A stretch of 64,000 nt of DNA from Octopus sinensis. Taxonomy: Eukaryota. Of the stretch, positions 13,387 through 26,935 are shown piece after piece (within the stretch, counting starts at the first letter, position 1; each line of letters starts with the position of its first letter). The notes below the pieces were generated by a model. The model made no database searches. It was not told where the DNA came from and saw nothing but the letters and a program-made list of their open reading frames with translations. The stretch lies in contig NC_043009.1 of NCBI RefSeq assembly GCF_006345805.1, forward strand, positions 51,336,001 to 51,400,000, given 5' to 3'. The position numbers and the translations under genes are program-made.

Positions 13387-13390
<4 letters not shown>
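12960..13390. mobile_element. Family-C SINE duplicated as a fold-back (187-bp arms, 57-bp loop)
   Basis: 12960-13146 is the reverse complement of 13204-13390 with 5 mismatches; the loop holds the tRNA-head remnant cagtggttagggca. Confidence 0.92.
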
Positions 13391-13438
<48 letters not shown>

Positions 13439-13481
13439 AACACAAACGCATATATATGTATTTATACAAACACACACATAG

Positions 13482-13525
<44 letters not shown>

Positions 13526-13548
13526 CGTAACAGGATAAAAACCAAGAA

Positions 13549-13597
13549 GGTCTTACAGCTGTTTCCATGATATTTATTATATCCCTTCATCGGTGAC
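13549..13597 (-). ncRNA. Degenerate type-I hammerhead ribozyme (Penelope-type)
   Basis: Minus strand: CCGATGA-A-GGGATAT-aataa-ATATC.atg-GAAAC-AGCT-GTA. Palindromic stem III ACAGCTGT; U4 to C and stem II closure mutated. Confidence 0.5.
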
Positions 13598-14269
13598 GGT
13601 GAGAGAGGATGGGTAAGTAATAATTAATTTAGATAAGATACAAAATAGAGAGTGAGGATGGAAGAGAGAAAATAGATCTGAGATGTATAGAGATACATAC
13701 GTACATACATACATACATACATACATACATACATACAAACATATATATATGGACTGCCATTTTCGTATCTTCATTCTTCTAACCGTGATATAACTTCATC
13801 TATTATTTAGGAGTTATAATTTTGTGGGAAAGATACGACGCATGTGATAATTAAAATAATTGGGATTAGCTTTGAGGTGTTGTTATACGCAAGAAATGAG
13901 TGAAGCTTAAGAATTAATAATACAAATGCTAATTGTTATGGCAATCCACATATATCTTCCGTTGTTTCTTATTCAAGGATGGGAATATGAATGTTGTTAT
14001 TTGAGATTAATGTATAACGATTTACATGCATGCACACACACACACATGAAAACGCGCACACACATTCACAGAAACACATACACACGTACACACATACAAA
14101 CACAAACATCTACATGGATACGTACTTTTCTTTGTATGCATATATTTGTGCGTATCTGTGCAAGTCTGTTTGTGTTTGTGCTTAAGCGTATGTATCTGTG
14201 TGTGCGTGATGCACATAGTTATCCATCATTTGAATAATGTTATTTTTTCCATTTGAATTTACGTTATTT

Positions 14270-14864
14270 CTTCTTCTTCTTCTTCTTCTTCTTCTTCTTC
14301 TTCTTCTCCCCTTCCTCCTCTCCTCATCCTCCTCACCTCCTTCTTCTTCTTCTTTCTTGTTCTTGTTCTTTTTGTTCTTCTTTTTCTTGTTGTTGTTGTT
14401 TTTGTTGTTGTTGTTGTTGTTCTTCTTCTTCTTCTTCTTTCTTCTTCTTCTTCTTTCTTCTTCTTCTTCTTTCTTGTTCTTGCTCTTGTTCTTCTTCGTT
14501 CGTCGTCTTGTTGTTGTTGATGTTATTGTTGTTATTCTTCTTCTCCTTCTTCTATTACTTCTAATAGTAATAATAGTAATAATAATAATGATAATAATAA
14601 TAATAATAATATAATAATAATAATAATAATAATAATCATCATCGTCGTCGTCGTGGTCATCATCATCATCATCATCGTCGTCATCAGCAACACTTTTTCA
14701 TTCCTAATATTTAATATGTCATTTCCCGAACAGAAACGAAAAAACGAAAAACAATTTTCCAGCAAACCTCCCAAACAACCTAACATTAACAACAACAAGA
14801 AAATCATGATCATCACCATCATCATTATGATCTTCATCATCATCACCCCATCATGATCATCACT

Positions 14865-14904
<40 letters not shown>

Positions 14905-14945
14905 ACATCACCACCATCATCATCATCAACATCATCATCATCATC
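14270..14945. repeat. Compound trinucleotide microsatellite field (CTT/GTT/AAT/CAT)
   Basis: Directly visible. Confidence 0.95.
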
Positions 14946-15918
14946 CCATCAAAATCATCACTATCATCATCATCGAAAACAGCAACAACAACATCAGACG
15001 TGGCTGCAGAGGTTATATTATGCTAATGTGCTACAATGCCCAGTGGTTCCACCAATATTTATTTTAATAAACTCCACCATTCCAACAAATTCCCCTTACA
15101 ACGACCACTGTTGACTTAATTATCCCATATTTATACCTCTGGTTATCTAGAGCTGTTAATGTGAACACAACAATTGATATATTCACATCACATAAATTTG
15201 GGCAAATTTCGTGAGGGGAAATTTGATTTCATTAATTTTTCTGTTTATTTGTGTATAGCATATTTTTTGTTAATTTTTCTGTGTATATTTTCGTATTACT
15301 TGTTTTGCCCTGTGACAACTTTTACAAGTCTTTTTATTGTTATTTTTCTGATAAAAATGTATGAAAAAAAAAAGTAGTATTTTTTTTTTATGTATGTATG
15401 TATGTATGTATGTATGTATGTATGTATGTATGTATGTATGTATGTATGTATGTATTCGTGTATGTATGTATGGCAGTATGTATGTATATATGTATGTATG
15501 TATGTTTGTATGTATTAATATATTTATTTCTGTATCTATCAGTCGATCGATCTCCATCTCTCCACGTATATATAGAGATAGATGGATAAATAGATAGATA
15601 TATACATACATACATGCATATATATACATACATGCATGCATATATATAGATATATTATGTATATATGTACATACATATATATCATATATACATATGTATA
15701 TGCATCAAGGTTAGTGTGTGTGTATGTGTGTCTATATACATATATATATATCATAAAACAGACACATACACACTCGAATATGCATGCATATATACGTACA
15801 TGCATGCATATATACGGCTTTGTGTTTACTTATCAACCACATGACTCTGGGGGAGTGACCCCCTCCTGTGTAGCCCGAGCCGGAGCAATGCCGTGATATA
15901 TATATATATATGAGTATG

Positions 15919-15971
<53 letters not shown>

Positions 15972-16293
15972 TGAAACCGACATTTCCTACACGTGAAGGT
16001 TTTGGGTATGTGTCTGCATTCCAGCAGCATTCATGGTCCAGTGCTCAAGCTGAATACTACATTGGAGATACCCTATCTTCCTCCCTTAAAATTCTTCAAA
16101 GTCGTACACCAGCCAGGCCGTAGTTTAATGGCTGAAACAAATCAAACGTAAAAGGCATCTAATTGCAAAGGATCTTGCAGCGAAATACTTGCGTGTGTTT
16201 CCAATGATATGAACACTATAGCTTTAGAAAGAGCAGCTCTAGAAGCAAAGTATGAGTATACGGATGAGTATACGGATACTATGACGGTAGTGA

Positions 16294-16345
<52 letters not shown>

Positions 16346-16346
16346 G

Positions 16347-16383
<37 letters not shown>

Positions 16384-16453
16384 TACTACTACTACTACTA
16401 CCACTACTACCACCACTACCACCACCACCACCACTACTGCTACTATTATTACT

Positions 16454-16679
16454 TATTTCTTTATTGCCTACAAGGGGCTAAACACAGAAGGGGACAAACA
16501 AGGGCAAACAAACGGATTAAGTCGATTACATCGACCCCAGTGCGTAACTGGTTCTTTATTTATCGACCCCGAAAGGATGAAAGGCATAGTCGACCACGGC
16601 AGAATTTGAACACAGATCGTAACGGCAGACGAAATACCGCTAAGCATTTCGCCCGGCGTGCTAACGTTTCTGCCAGCTC
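16454..16679 (-). mobile_element. Family-A SINE within (TAC)n/(CAC)n microsatellite
   Basis: Near-complete copy tatttctttattgcctacaagggg...gctaacgtttctgccagctc. Confidence 0.9.
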
Positions 16680-17185
16680 TACTACTACCACTACTACTAT
16701 TACAACCATCACCATCACCACATCACAATCAACACTACTATCACCACCACCGCTACCACCACCACTACCACCACCACCACTACTACTATTACAACCACCA
16801 CCATCACCGCATCACCACCAACACCAACACCACTACCACCACCACCACCACCACCACTACTACTTTTACTACTAATACTACCCCTACTACTACTACCCCT
16901 ACTACTACTACTACTACTACTACTACTGCTACTACCTCTGGCCTCATCATCTGGCTTGAACTCAGTATATTGATAATCGACATTTTCCGCAAAAGAAGCT
17001 CTCAAGTCATTTTCTCTTAACTTAGTCTTAAAATAACCCCCAGAAATACAAAATTATTCCCGAAATTGTCATTTTAGGGTGTTTCTACGTCTTTCGACTG
17101 TCTGAGGCCCTTTTAAATTGGAAAACCACGAAAATCTTTAAACTATTAGTAATGTATTATGCAAAAGTTTAAGGTATCTGAAGTA

Positions 17186-17738
17186 TTGGGTTGTCCGAAA
17201 AGTTTGTGCCGATTTTTAAAGGAAAGAAAAAAGTCAATAAATACCTGCCATTACATTTTTAATCAACCAAATATGCACCATTTTGTTGCACAATGCGTCT
17301 CTATCTTTCCTTTAACTTGAAAATACCCTCTTCCTAGAATTGAAGTGGTTTCATGGCAAAGAATTCATCAAGGTGTTTTTTACGGCATCCAAGGAATTGA
17401 AATTTTTCCCATTAAGACTATTCTACAGAGACCTGAATAAATGGAAATCCGAAGGCGCAACATCTGGTGAATATGGAGGGTGGGGTAACACATCCCAGCC
17501 TAGCTGCAGCAATTTTTGTCTGCTTCCCAAAGCATGAAGTGCCGAAAATGAACTTTCTTATCTTCCATTTTAAAGGATTACAGAATTAACACAGGTTATG
17601 GGAACATAAACCATCTTCCTCGAAACTGTGCTCTAAATGGAGGTGTAGTCAAATCCTATTTTATGGACTCAACCATGTTCTAAAATAAGTCGAAAGATAA
17701 GCTGCTATAAATCGGCACGAACTTTCCGGACAACCCAA
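17186..17738 (-). mobile_element. Internally deleted mariner (MITE-like) with both TIRs and TA target duplication
   Basis: 30-bp TIRs ttgggttgtccg(a/g)aaagtt(t/c)gtgccgattt (2 mismatches) flanked by TA; minus strand reads LGWDVLPHPPYSPDVAPSDFHLFRSL...IVQQNGAY. Confidence 0.95.
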
Positions 17739-18266
17739 TATTTCCTTTTTGTTCTAATGAGCACTTTTTTACGAACCAGACACATGATGTGATTACGTAA
17801 TGCTAAAACCACTTTCTTTAAGACTGACGTTTCTATATAAAGCTATTATTTCGGTAAAGGTTGTTTTTAACTATATCATGTTGAAATATCTTTCTTCGTT
17901 TATTGAAAGTTATAGACATGAATCAAACAGAAGAAAAAAATGTCTTTGTTATATATTTTTGCTTGTCTGTCTGTGCATATTTGGTGCGGTTTCAGAAGAC
18001 AACTACGCACCTAAGTAACAAAGTTAAAATTATTACGTAACATGAACTGTTCTGTCTACAGATTTTGGGCGATATAGTTTGTACTAAAATGAATCACGAA
18101 ATAATTTACTGATGAAACTTTATTTCTTGTGAAGAGAATTCTTTTAGCATGAGAAACAACAAACTCACAAGAAGCATCGAATTCTTTCGGTTCTCTGTAA
18201 ATCCAGGCAAAAATGAGCGATTGCATAACGTCCCCACCTTTCAACACGTTAGATGAATAAATGTTG

Positions 18267-18595
18267 ATCATAGCCATGTGTTCAGAGGAATTCTTTGCGG
18301 TTTCAAAAATTCACCTCTGGAAACATGGGCTTTGCATTCGTTATCCTTAAACAAACCTTATTCAAGGATCTTTTGAGTGGGATGGGCTACTCGACCTGAA
18401 AAAATTCTAACTGGGCCCCACCTGCAAGGTTATGCGCTGTTTCTCTTGATATGAGACCACTATATTGCGCACGTATTTTTTGTGTTCCATGTGTCTTGTG
18501 TACCCGTATCAGACAGGTATTCATGATGGGTATATTGAGCTTCGTATATTTTTTACTCCAGTATCACTTTGATGGCATGCGCTGCACTCTTACTC
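18267..18595 (+). mobile_element. 3' part of unclassified (AAT)n-flanked element X
   Basis: Aligns by eye to the reverse complement of 59860-60180 (gggatgggctactc, ctaactgggccccacctgcaagg, cactttgatggcatgc); followed by (AAT)3. Confidence 0.85.
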
Positions 18596-18609
18596 AGTAA
18601 TAATAATAA

Positions 18610-18810
18610 CATATGCAGACAAATTCAAGACCAAATACAAAGAGTTTGCAGATATATCATACAATAAATAAGACTGCTAGGCATCACAAACATCCTACGT
18701 AAAGGACATTCAGTGCGACAGAAATATCACCACCATATCAAATCAGAACACTTAGCGGAAGCCCAGACTTGCGCTCGGTGGTGAAACCATGCAATAACAA
18801 TAAGATCATT
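18610..18810 (+). mobile_element. REL LINE extreme 3' end, same subfamily as 4818-5274
   Basis: LLGITNILRKGHS (about LLGTAHILRR) and a 3' UTR with gcgctcggtggtgaa matching gtgctcggtagtgaa. Confidence 0.65.
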
Positions 18811-19085
18811 AATGAATAAAGAGAACGATAAGAAAAACAGCAATAACAACAACAACAACAACAATATGAATAACATGAACAACAAAAAAACAACTACAGC
18901 GTTAACGATAATATTAATAATAAAATCAGATATTGTCGCCAACTCTTTACGAGAACACCACATGGGAGTTCGTTAGCGAAACAAACTAGATTACGATGAA
19001 GTTCAAAGGGAAATATGTACGATAAATATTATGAATGTAGAAAACTTTATTAATAATTAAGACAACAATATATTATAATATCGTA

Positions 19086-19462
19086 GCACTCTGTCGATTA
19101 CAACGATGAGGATTTCAGTTGATAGGATCAACGGAACAGCCTGTTCGTGAAATTAACGTGCAAGTGGATGAGCCCTCCACAGACACGAGTACTCTTAACG
19201 TAATTCTAAGCGAGGTTCAGCGTGAGACAGAGTGTGACAAGGCTAGCCCTTTAAAATACAGGTACAGCAGAAACAGGATGAGAGAGTGAGAGAAAGTTAT
19301 GGTGAAAGAGTATAGCAGGGTTCGCCAGAAGCCCCTGCCGGAGTCTCGTGAAGCTTTAGGTATTTTCCCTCAATAAACACTCACGACACCCGGTCTGAGA
19401 ATTGAGACTGTGACCCTACGACAACGAGTCCGCTGCCATAACCACTGGGCCATTGCACCTCC
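19086..19462 (-). mobile_element. Family-C SINE, full length, tail type 2
   Basis: A-box tggcccagtggtta, body aaagcttcacgagactccggcagg...ctctttcacc, long distinct tail. Confidence 0.85.
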
Positions 19463-20084
19463 AAACATTATAATGTAGAACAAAAACAAAACATCACAAA
19501 AATATAGTAAGGTTCACATTCCTAAAAACAGTCCAAAGTAAGATCTTGTCCTAATCCTATTCTTAAATATCGTAACTGCTGTATTACTGTGCATACCTTG
19601 CGCTTAGATCTGTTTTAATCCTTAGGACTCATCAATTTGGAACTTACCTCTGCTTCCATGGGGCATATGTGACTGATATCACGTCACTCCTTCTTGCAAT
19701 GGACACCAGCCCGGTACAGTTTTAACTGCTCAACTGTCCTTAGAAGTCTTTTGTAGCTAAGTGGATTGAAGCAACGTGATGTGAAGACTTTTACTCAAGA
19801 ATCGAAACCAGGAATTTATGATTGAGAATGCAAAAACGTCACCACAAGGTCATAAACCTCACGGCCTCTCGTTACACGTATTCGCTACACCGAACGGAGA
19901 TGGAAGGTAAAGCAAAATAATATACAACAAGGTAAAACGCCATTCTATTCTATAACTCTTAAAAAAAAGAAAAGGATATAATGTGATGGATACCTCAGAA
20001 AACCTCGAGTGTGTGCATGCCGTGATGCAGCAAAAAACCGTATAAAAATTGTTTGAAATATAAGCAGGAGAACGGTTACGGTGA

Positions 20085-20121
20085 CAACAATGATGATAAT
20101 GACGACGACGACATCGATGAA

Positions 20122-20159
<38 letters not shown>

Positions 20160-20275
20160 CGATGACGATGACGATGATGACGATGATGACGATGATGACG
20201 ATGATGACGATGATGACGATGATGACGATGATGATGATGATGACGATGACGACGACGACGACGACGATGATGATG
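20085..20275. repeat. (GAT)n/(GATGAC..)n microsatellite
   Basis: Directly visible; source of the poly-D and poly-M ORFs. Confidence 0.95.
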
Positions 20276-20964
20276 TTAATTCGCAATTGATCTGAATACA
20301 ACAAGCCTATCATAAAAAATGAACGCTCCTCTGGGAGACGAGACACACTTCCAATAAAAGACAGAGAGAAATTGCGAATACTATATCAAGGATCCGTTAC
20401 AGGGAAATGAAATTCCGTAATTCTTTAAGCCGAACGTGTGGTAGCTGCTCTACTGGGCGCTACGAGCGGCAAGTCGAGTCGTATTTAATCGATCCTTTGG
20501 GCCTCGTTGTCTTCGACCAAATCGAGTGGGACGGCTCCAAAGCGACATCTGAGAAAGGCACAAAACTCAGCTATGTTAGACAGCACTAAAATTAGGAAAT
20601 TGTTAGGTTAATTAATGTTTAATTATTACAACAATTTTTACAGTAAATTGCAGTTATATCAGCTATATATCTGACTACATTTAGTTATATCAGACATGGA
20701 AAAAGTAAATGAAAAACATGAGGGCGTTATACACACACACGCGCGCGCCCGTACGCATGCATACATACACACACACACACAAACACATACATCCGACATT
20801 TCCGAAGAGTGTGCTTATGAGATACTCATTCCGATTACCTAATTCCACTGCGAAACTGATTCCTAAAATCGGCTGGAATGAATCTATAGTTTATACACTG
20901 TTTCGTATACTACCCTATTGACAATCATCAACGTGTTCATTTTGTTCTCTACGGATACTTAGAT

Positions 20965-21012
<48 letters not shown>

Positions 21013-21145
21013 GTATACATACATACACACACACATATATATATATATGTATGTATATATGTACATATATATACATATATATGTATATCTATATGTGTGT
21101 GTGAGTACGTTTTATAATCATGTACATGTGATTTTGCACAAATGT

Positions 21146-21540
21146 ATGGCTGTGTAGTAAGAAGTTTGCTTCCCAACCACATGGTTTCGGGTTCAGTCCC
21201 ACTGCGCGACACCTTGGGCAACTGTCTTCTACTATAGCCTCGAACTAACGAAAGCATTGTGAGTGGATTTGGCAGACGGAAACTGAAAGAAGCCTATTGT
21301 ATATATGCAAATACCTATGTGTGTGCGTCTTTGTCTCTGTGTTTGTCGTCCCATCATCGCTTGTCAACCGCCGTTTTTGTGTTTACGTGCCCGTAAATTA
21401 GCGGTTCGACAAAAGACACTGATAAAACAAGTACTAGGCTTTAAAAAATAATATTAGGGGTCAATTTGTTCGACTAAATCCTTTACAGCGGTGCTCCAGC
21501 ATAGCTACAGTCAAACGATTTTAAACAGTTAATGAAAAAG
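21146..21540 (+). mobile_element. Family-B SINE
   Basis: tggctgtgtagtaag...gggttcagtccc (B-box), ccttgggcaa..ctactatagcctcg..gtgagtggatttgg..acggaaactgaaagaagcc, internal TA/TG tract, tail gtgctccagcat. Confidence 0.88.
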
Positions 21541-22071
21541 AAGGAAATATACACCTGTGCTCGTGCGCGCTTGTGCATATGCGTGCGTGTATGTGTGTGT
21601 GTGTCTGTGTGTGTGTACAGACAAAGAAAGAAAGATAGTGTAAGGGAGATGGACAGATACGGAAAGAGGGAGGACCGATGCAACAGTAAGAGAACTTACA
21701 TGAAAAGCTGCGAGTAGATCATTACTTCAAAGTCATTCACCTTTGCTATTTTGATGTAATACTAACAGATTTATATAACTCAAAGCGTAGATGTATCCCA
21801 TCTTGGATTTGGAAACTCTATTCTCGCTCCATCACTAGAATAGTCCCGGAAGACTTAACATATAGACTGAAAGATAAACAGAGGTAAACACACTTATAAA
21901 CAGTGGAAACACATTCACAAATACGTAAAATATCTAAAATATTCAGACAACGCTATCATGTTTGTTTGTTTGTTTTTCTGTGTAGAAAGAGAACACGCAA
22001 TGAATATGTACATTCGCCGCTTCAGAGACAGTAGTATATGGGCAAGCATGCGATCTACACACTACATATTC

Positions 22072-22137
<66 letters not shown>

Positions 22138-22353
22138 CATACATACATACATACATGCCTGCATGCATATGTGCATGCATACTAATAGAGTGAAGTTCAT
22201 TATGGCCACCATATTTTCACATCACCTGTGCGGACACCTACTATACAGGAATACACGTAGAGACCTATACATAAGCATACACAGATATACATACCCATCC
22301 ATACACGTACACATACATATCTGCGTGTGAGTTTAACCATATCTATGTATGTA

Positions 22354-22399
<46 letters not shown>

Positions 22400-23104
22400 T
22401 TTGCACATATAAACATATCTCTCATACATATTTATATATGTATATATATGCATGTATATATATATATATGTGTGTGTGTGTGTTGTGTATATATATATAT
22501 TAGTCTGTGCGTGTATGTGTGTGTAAATATACATATATAAATATATGTATCTGTCTATATGAATCTATATTGTATATATATATATATACATATATATAGA
22601 AATACAGGCATGTATACTTAACTAGTCTACTCGTTTACACATTGGTAAGAAGATAAGAATCAAAGAAAATGTTTACTTCAAACAAAGCTGTTGATTCGCA
22701 ACGTTCAGAAAAATTCTTTCTATTCCCTTACAAAAACGAAAAACTCACATATTTTCAACAGCAAAATTGAAGAAACATATAGAAAAACACAGAAACAAAA
22801 GTACAAAAACCAAAAAAAAAAAAAAAAATGCACAAAACCCACACATTCATAAAAGAAATATAAAAACGAATGAGACGAAATAAAAAAAAATATACACGCA
22901 TACGCACAAACACGAACTTCCTTCGTAAGTATTGCTATATTTTTCTTTTCAATTCTTTCGCTGCTTTTGAAAACCTTTCATTCGGTTTATTGATCTGTTT
23001 TGTTTGGTCGTAAACCATTCCAATTATGACATTCAATCTATTCTTCCGATAAACAAAAGCCAAATCTTATCAACCAGTATCTTTGTTACACTCTGTCTTT
23101 CTCG

Positions 23105-23147
<43 letters not shown>

Positions 23148-23208
23148 ATATGTTTCTCTTCATCTATTTCTCATAAACTCTCTGGTGTAAACGGTGTGAT
23201 ATATATAT

Positions 23209-23269
<61 letters not shown>

Positions 23270-23284
23270 TATATATATATTATA

Positions 23285-23316
<32 letters not shown>

Positions 23317-23519
23317 ATATATATATATTTGTATATATGTATCTTATCTATCTATGTATTATTATCTATGTATCTTTGTCTCTCTGTATATATACATACA
23401 GGGAGAGAGAGAGATGGTTAGAGAGAAAGAGAAAAAGCAACATTCAAATTTTAATGAGCGATAGTTTACTACAACTTACTACAACACACACATATCTATC
23501 TATATATATATATATATAT

Positions 23520-23542
23520 ATTCAATTATTCTGAGTCCAAGC

Positions 23543-23589
<47 letters not shown>

Positions 23590-23594
23590 GAGTG

Positions 23595-23642
<48 letters not shown>

Positions 23643-23694
23643 TCATATATATGAGAGAGAGAGAGAGAGACGCTTGGACTCAGAATAATTGAAT
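23520..23694. repeat. Near-perfect palindrome centred on (TA)n
   Basis: attcaattattctgagtccaagcg-(TC)n-catatatatgagtg-(TA)n-cactcatatatatg-(AG)n-cgcttggactcagaataattgaat. Confidence 0.95.
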
Positions 23695-24169
23695 GAAAGA
23701 GACAGAGATAGTGAACACGAAAGAAAGAGATCGATAAGCGTATCTTAAAATAGGTATGTAAGTACTCTTTAATTATATAGCAATAATACACTTAAAAGTT
23801 TAAAGTTATACGTTATAATACGTTTGTTTGTGTATAGATAGATAGGGAGGTAGACAGATAGATTGGTAGATAGATAGATTAATAGACAGATAGCTACATA
23901 CATACATACATAGTCAGATAAATATACATATGTGTAATTGTATGCATGTGTGTGTAAATACATACATATATACATGCATACATACATATATATATGTGAA
24001 TACTTGATAACTGTAAGCACCTGTATATGCCAGTTAGTGGTGTAGGTGATAGGGTATATTTATCAAAAGAAAAACAGGATGCAAAAGATTTAGCGGTACA
24101 TATGTAAACTGTCCAATAAAGCCAGAAACATATGTACTGCTAAATCCTTTGCAACCTGTTTTTCTTTTG

Positions 24170-24220
<51 letters not shown>

Positions 24221-24610
24221 TAGAAATACTGAATTTACATATATATATAGAAACTGACAATCAAACACTCTGAAATGTTCATACTGAAACTTCCGGTGCG
24301 CATAACATGCAGTATAGCTTATGGCTTCCAAATTTCTGGCAGAGTGCATTGCGTCATGGTGCTGCTTTTCTTAGAGACGGTGCTATACTGTGTAATCTAG
24401 ACTATATTGTGTAGTTGACAAAATATTTTTTAAAACCGCATGCACGAAATTAGAAATATAAGATGGCAACAATTTACTTATCGCACCCTCTATGTTTATG
24501 TATGGGCATACGTGCAAATATATACATATAAATCTGGAGGTAGATAGAGAAAATGCTAGGTACATATTTAAATATAAATACGGAAGTATAGAACTGGTTT
24601 GAAATTATAA

Positions 24611-24977
24611 TCTATATATATATATAAAGATGGGGTTGTCTGTGTGTGGCAGGTTTGGTAGCCTTCAACTAACACTATATCCTCCGAGACCCTGCAGCGC
24701 AAGTTGACCAAATTTGAGAGTATGATAGCAGAATGCTTGCCCTTCATTCCGTAGAAGATAAAATTCAAATCGGACCATGTTAAGACCAAAAATTATTTAC
24801 ATCAGAAAGGTGCTTTTTTTCTATGAAAATCCCTATTTTTTACGATTTTTTGACTGCTCTGTCGTCATTTTTCGGTGTATTTGAATAACAAGCTACATAT
24901 TGCACACTTTTTACTTTTCAAAAATTCTAATTCTAAAGGGTCGAAACAAACCCGAGCAACGCGGGCGATACTGCTAG
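24611..24977 (+). mobile_element. Non-autonomous Helitron
   Basis: A|TC(TA)n 5' end, subterminal hairpin cccg-agcaacg-cggg, CTAG|T 3' end, no target duplication. Confidence 0.85.
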
Positions 24978-25194
24978 TATATGAAATATGTAGTATGCTT
25001 ATTTGTGTGTTTGTAGGTATGCATGTTCCAACTTGTAACCTCCAGTTTAGCATTTAAATTTAATTTTATCTAGGGCCATAACATATGAGACTTTCCAAAT
25101 AATTGTGTATGCTATACCCATTCTTTCGTCCTCTATCAGGCTCAGTGTGCATTACCAGATGTCCACTTGTAAGGATGAATCAATATTTATTAAT

Positions 25195-25380
25195 TATAAG
25201 GAGGCGTAGTAGCAGAGTCGTTGTCACGTCATTGAGACCGTTTTTACGTTTTGAGTTCAAATTCCGCCAAGGTCAACTTTGTCTTTCATCCTTTCAGGGT
25301 TTATAAAATAAGTACAAGTTGAGCACTGGGGGCCATGTAATCCCCAGCAATTGGTGGTCTTGTGCCAAAATTTGATACAA
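25195..25380 (+). mobile_element. Degenerate family-A SINE
   Basis: gagttcaaattccgccaaggtcaactttgtctttcatcctttc core plus gtcttgtgccaaaatttga tail. Confidence 0.7.
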
Positions 25381-25805
25381 GTATTTCATCATCAAATTTT
25401 GCGTGGAAGGATTTCCTTTCATTAATGATTATATCTTAATGTATAAACATACAATCAAAGCACTACCTGGATAATCTGTTTGAATTTGTTTCTCATATGA
25501 CCACCCATGATTGCATTATATTCTAGTAGTTGTGATCACCTTGTCATTTTTTATAATGGCGGTACCGAAGCCATGATGATGCTGTTCTGTTAGATCGAAC
25601 TTTTGATCATACGAGGAAGACACGAACGCTGTAACAAAACATCTCTCGCACACCTCAATCACGTGCACATACATATATACACGTGCGATGAATGCTGTCG
25701 TGGTTATGAGTGGAACCAAGTTAAAGAGGAACAAAAATCTAAGAAAAATGTAATTTTTTCCACTTTTAACATCGATCGATGTCAACAAGAGATAACATAC
25801 TTTAG

Positions 25806-25843
<38 letters not shown>

Positions 25844-26544
25844 TACACTCACTTTTTTTCTTTTCTCTTTTTTTAATTAGGTCTTTGCATCTGTCTGTGT
25901 TTAATTATTGTTGTTCTGTCTGAAAAGCCATTAAACTAGCAGGTTTTCAATTCTACTATTATCACCTTTTCTGATAATGTTCCTACAAGATTGTTTTATT
26001 TTCTATGTAATCTTTTGCTTTTAATTCCTATTATGGAAGAATCCCGATGTTTTATCCCTAGAGAATGCTTTAGTTGCTGTTATTGTTGTTTTATGCAGTG
26101 GTGGTCGTGGTCATAGTCATTCCTGTTCTTGTTTTAATCTCTATGTCAACCTGGAATGCGTAAACATATTAAGAAAACTGATCAAGCTGTGACCATCATT
26201 TGCCGCCAGACATAATGTTTCTATTTTGACAATATTCTATGAATGTACCTTTAAGATTTTAAGAGGGTGTATTGCTTTTCTGGAGCAGTTTTGTTGTTTA
26301 TTCTCGCAGGTAGACGTGATAACGTAGATTTGAAATATTTAAGATCGATTTTGAGTCTTTATTTTACTATACTTTTTTTTTCCTTTTTCAAAAACGCATT
26401 ATTCTGTACCTTGGTTTAAAACACCGATTCTAGAGCGTATATTGTGTCCCAAGGCAGATAAGATGCTATTTCTAACAGATGCAGAGCTAAGATATACGCC
26501 TCCTCACTCTCAGATCGGATTTGCATACTGTCGCATTTTCTCTA

Positions 26545-26935
26545 TCTTTATATATAAAAGTGAGGTTGTGTGCTGTCTGTCTCCTACGATTTAGATTCCT
26601 AACTACTCCCACATTTTGCGGTGCAGTTTAACCGAAACTGGATATCTTATAGTCGTGATTCATATCAAGCCCTTCTGGGTATTAGCGCGCGTCTACGATG
26701 AGTCTACGATTTTTAAAATAATTTACCATCAATTTTTCCCATTTTTAATTGTATTTTTGGCATATATAATGGAAGTAACTCCCTAAAAATTTATTATTAA
26801 ATCTCAGAACGTAAAAAGTAACACCCCCCATTTGTGGTTAGCCATATTGAGATGGCTATTATACTTTACATCTCTAAAAATGCTTATATAGTTATTTCCC
26901 TTACAAACCCGAGCAACGCCGGGCGATACTGCTAG
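26545..26935 (+). mobile_element. Non-autonomous Helitron, second subfamily
   Basis: A|TCtttatatataaaag 5' end, hairpin cccg-agcaacgc-cggg, gcgatactgCTAG|T 3' end nearly identical to 24946-24978. Confidence 0.85.

Noticed and set aside
24200-24492. Mariner-like TIR at 24461-24492
   Set aside because: No partner TIR or transposase motif found; too weak to call.
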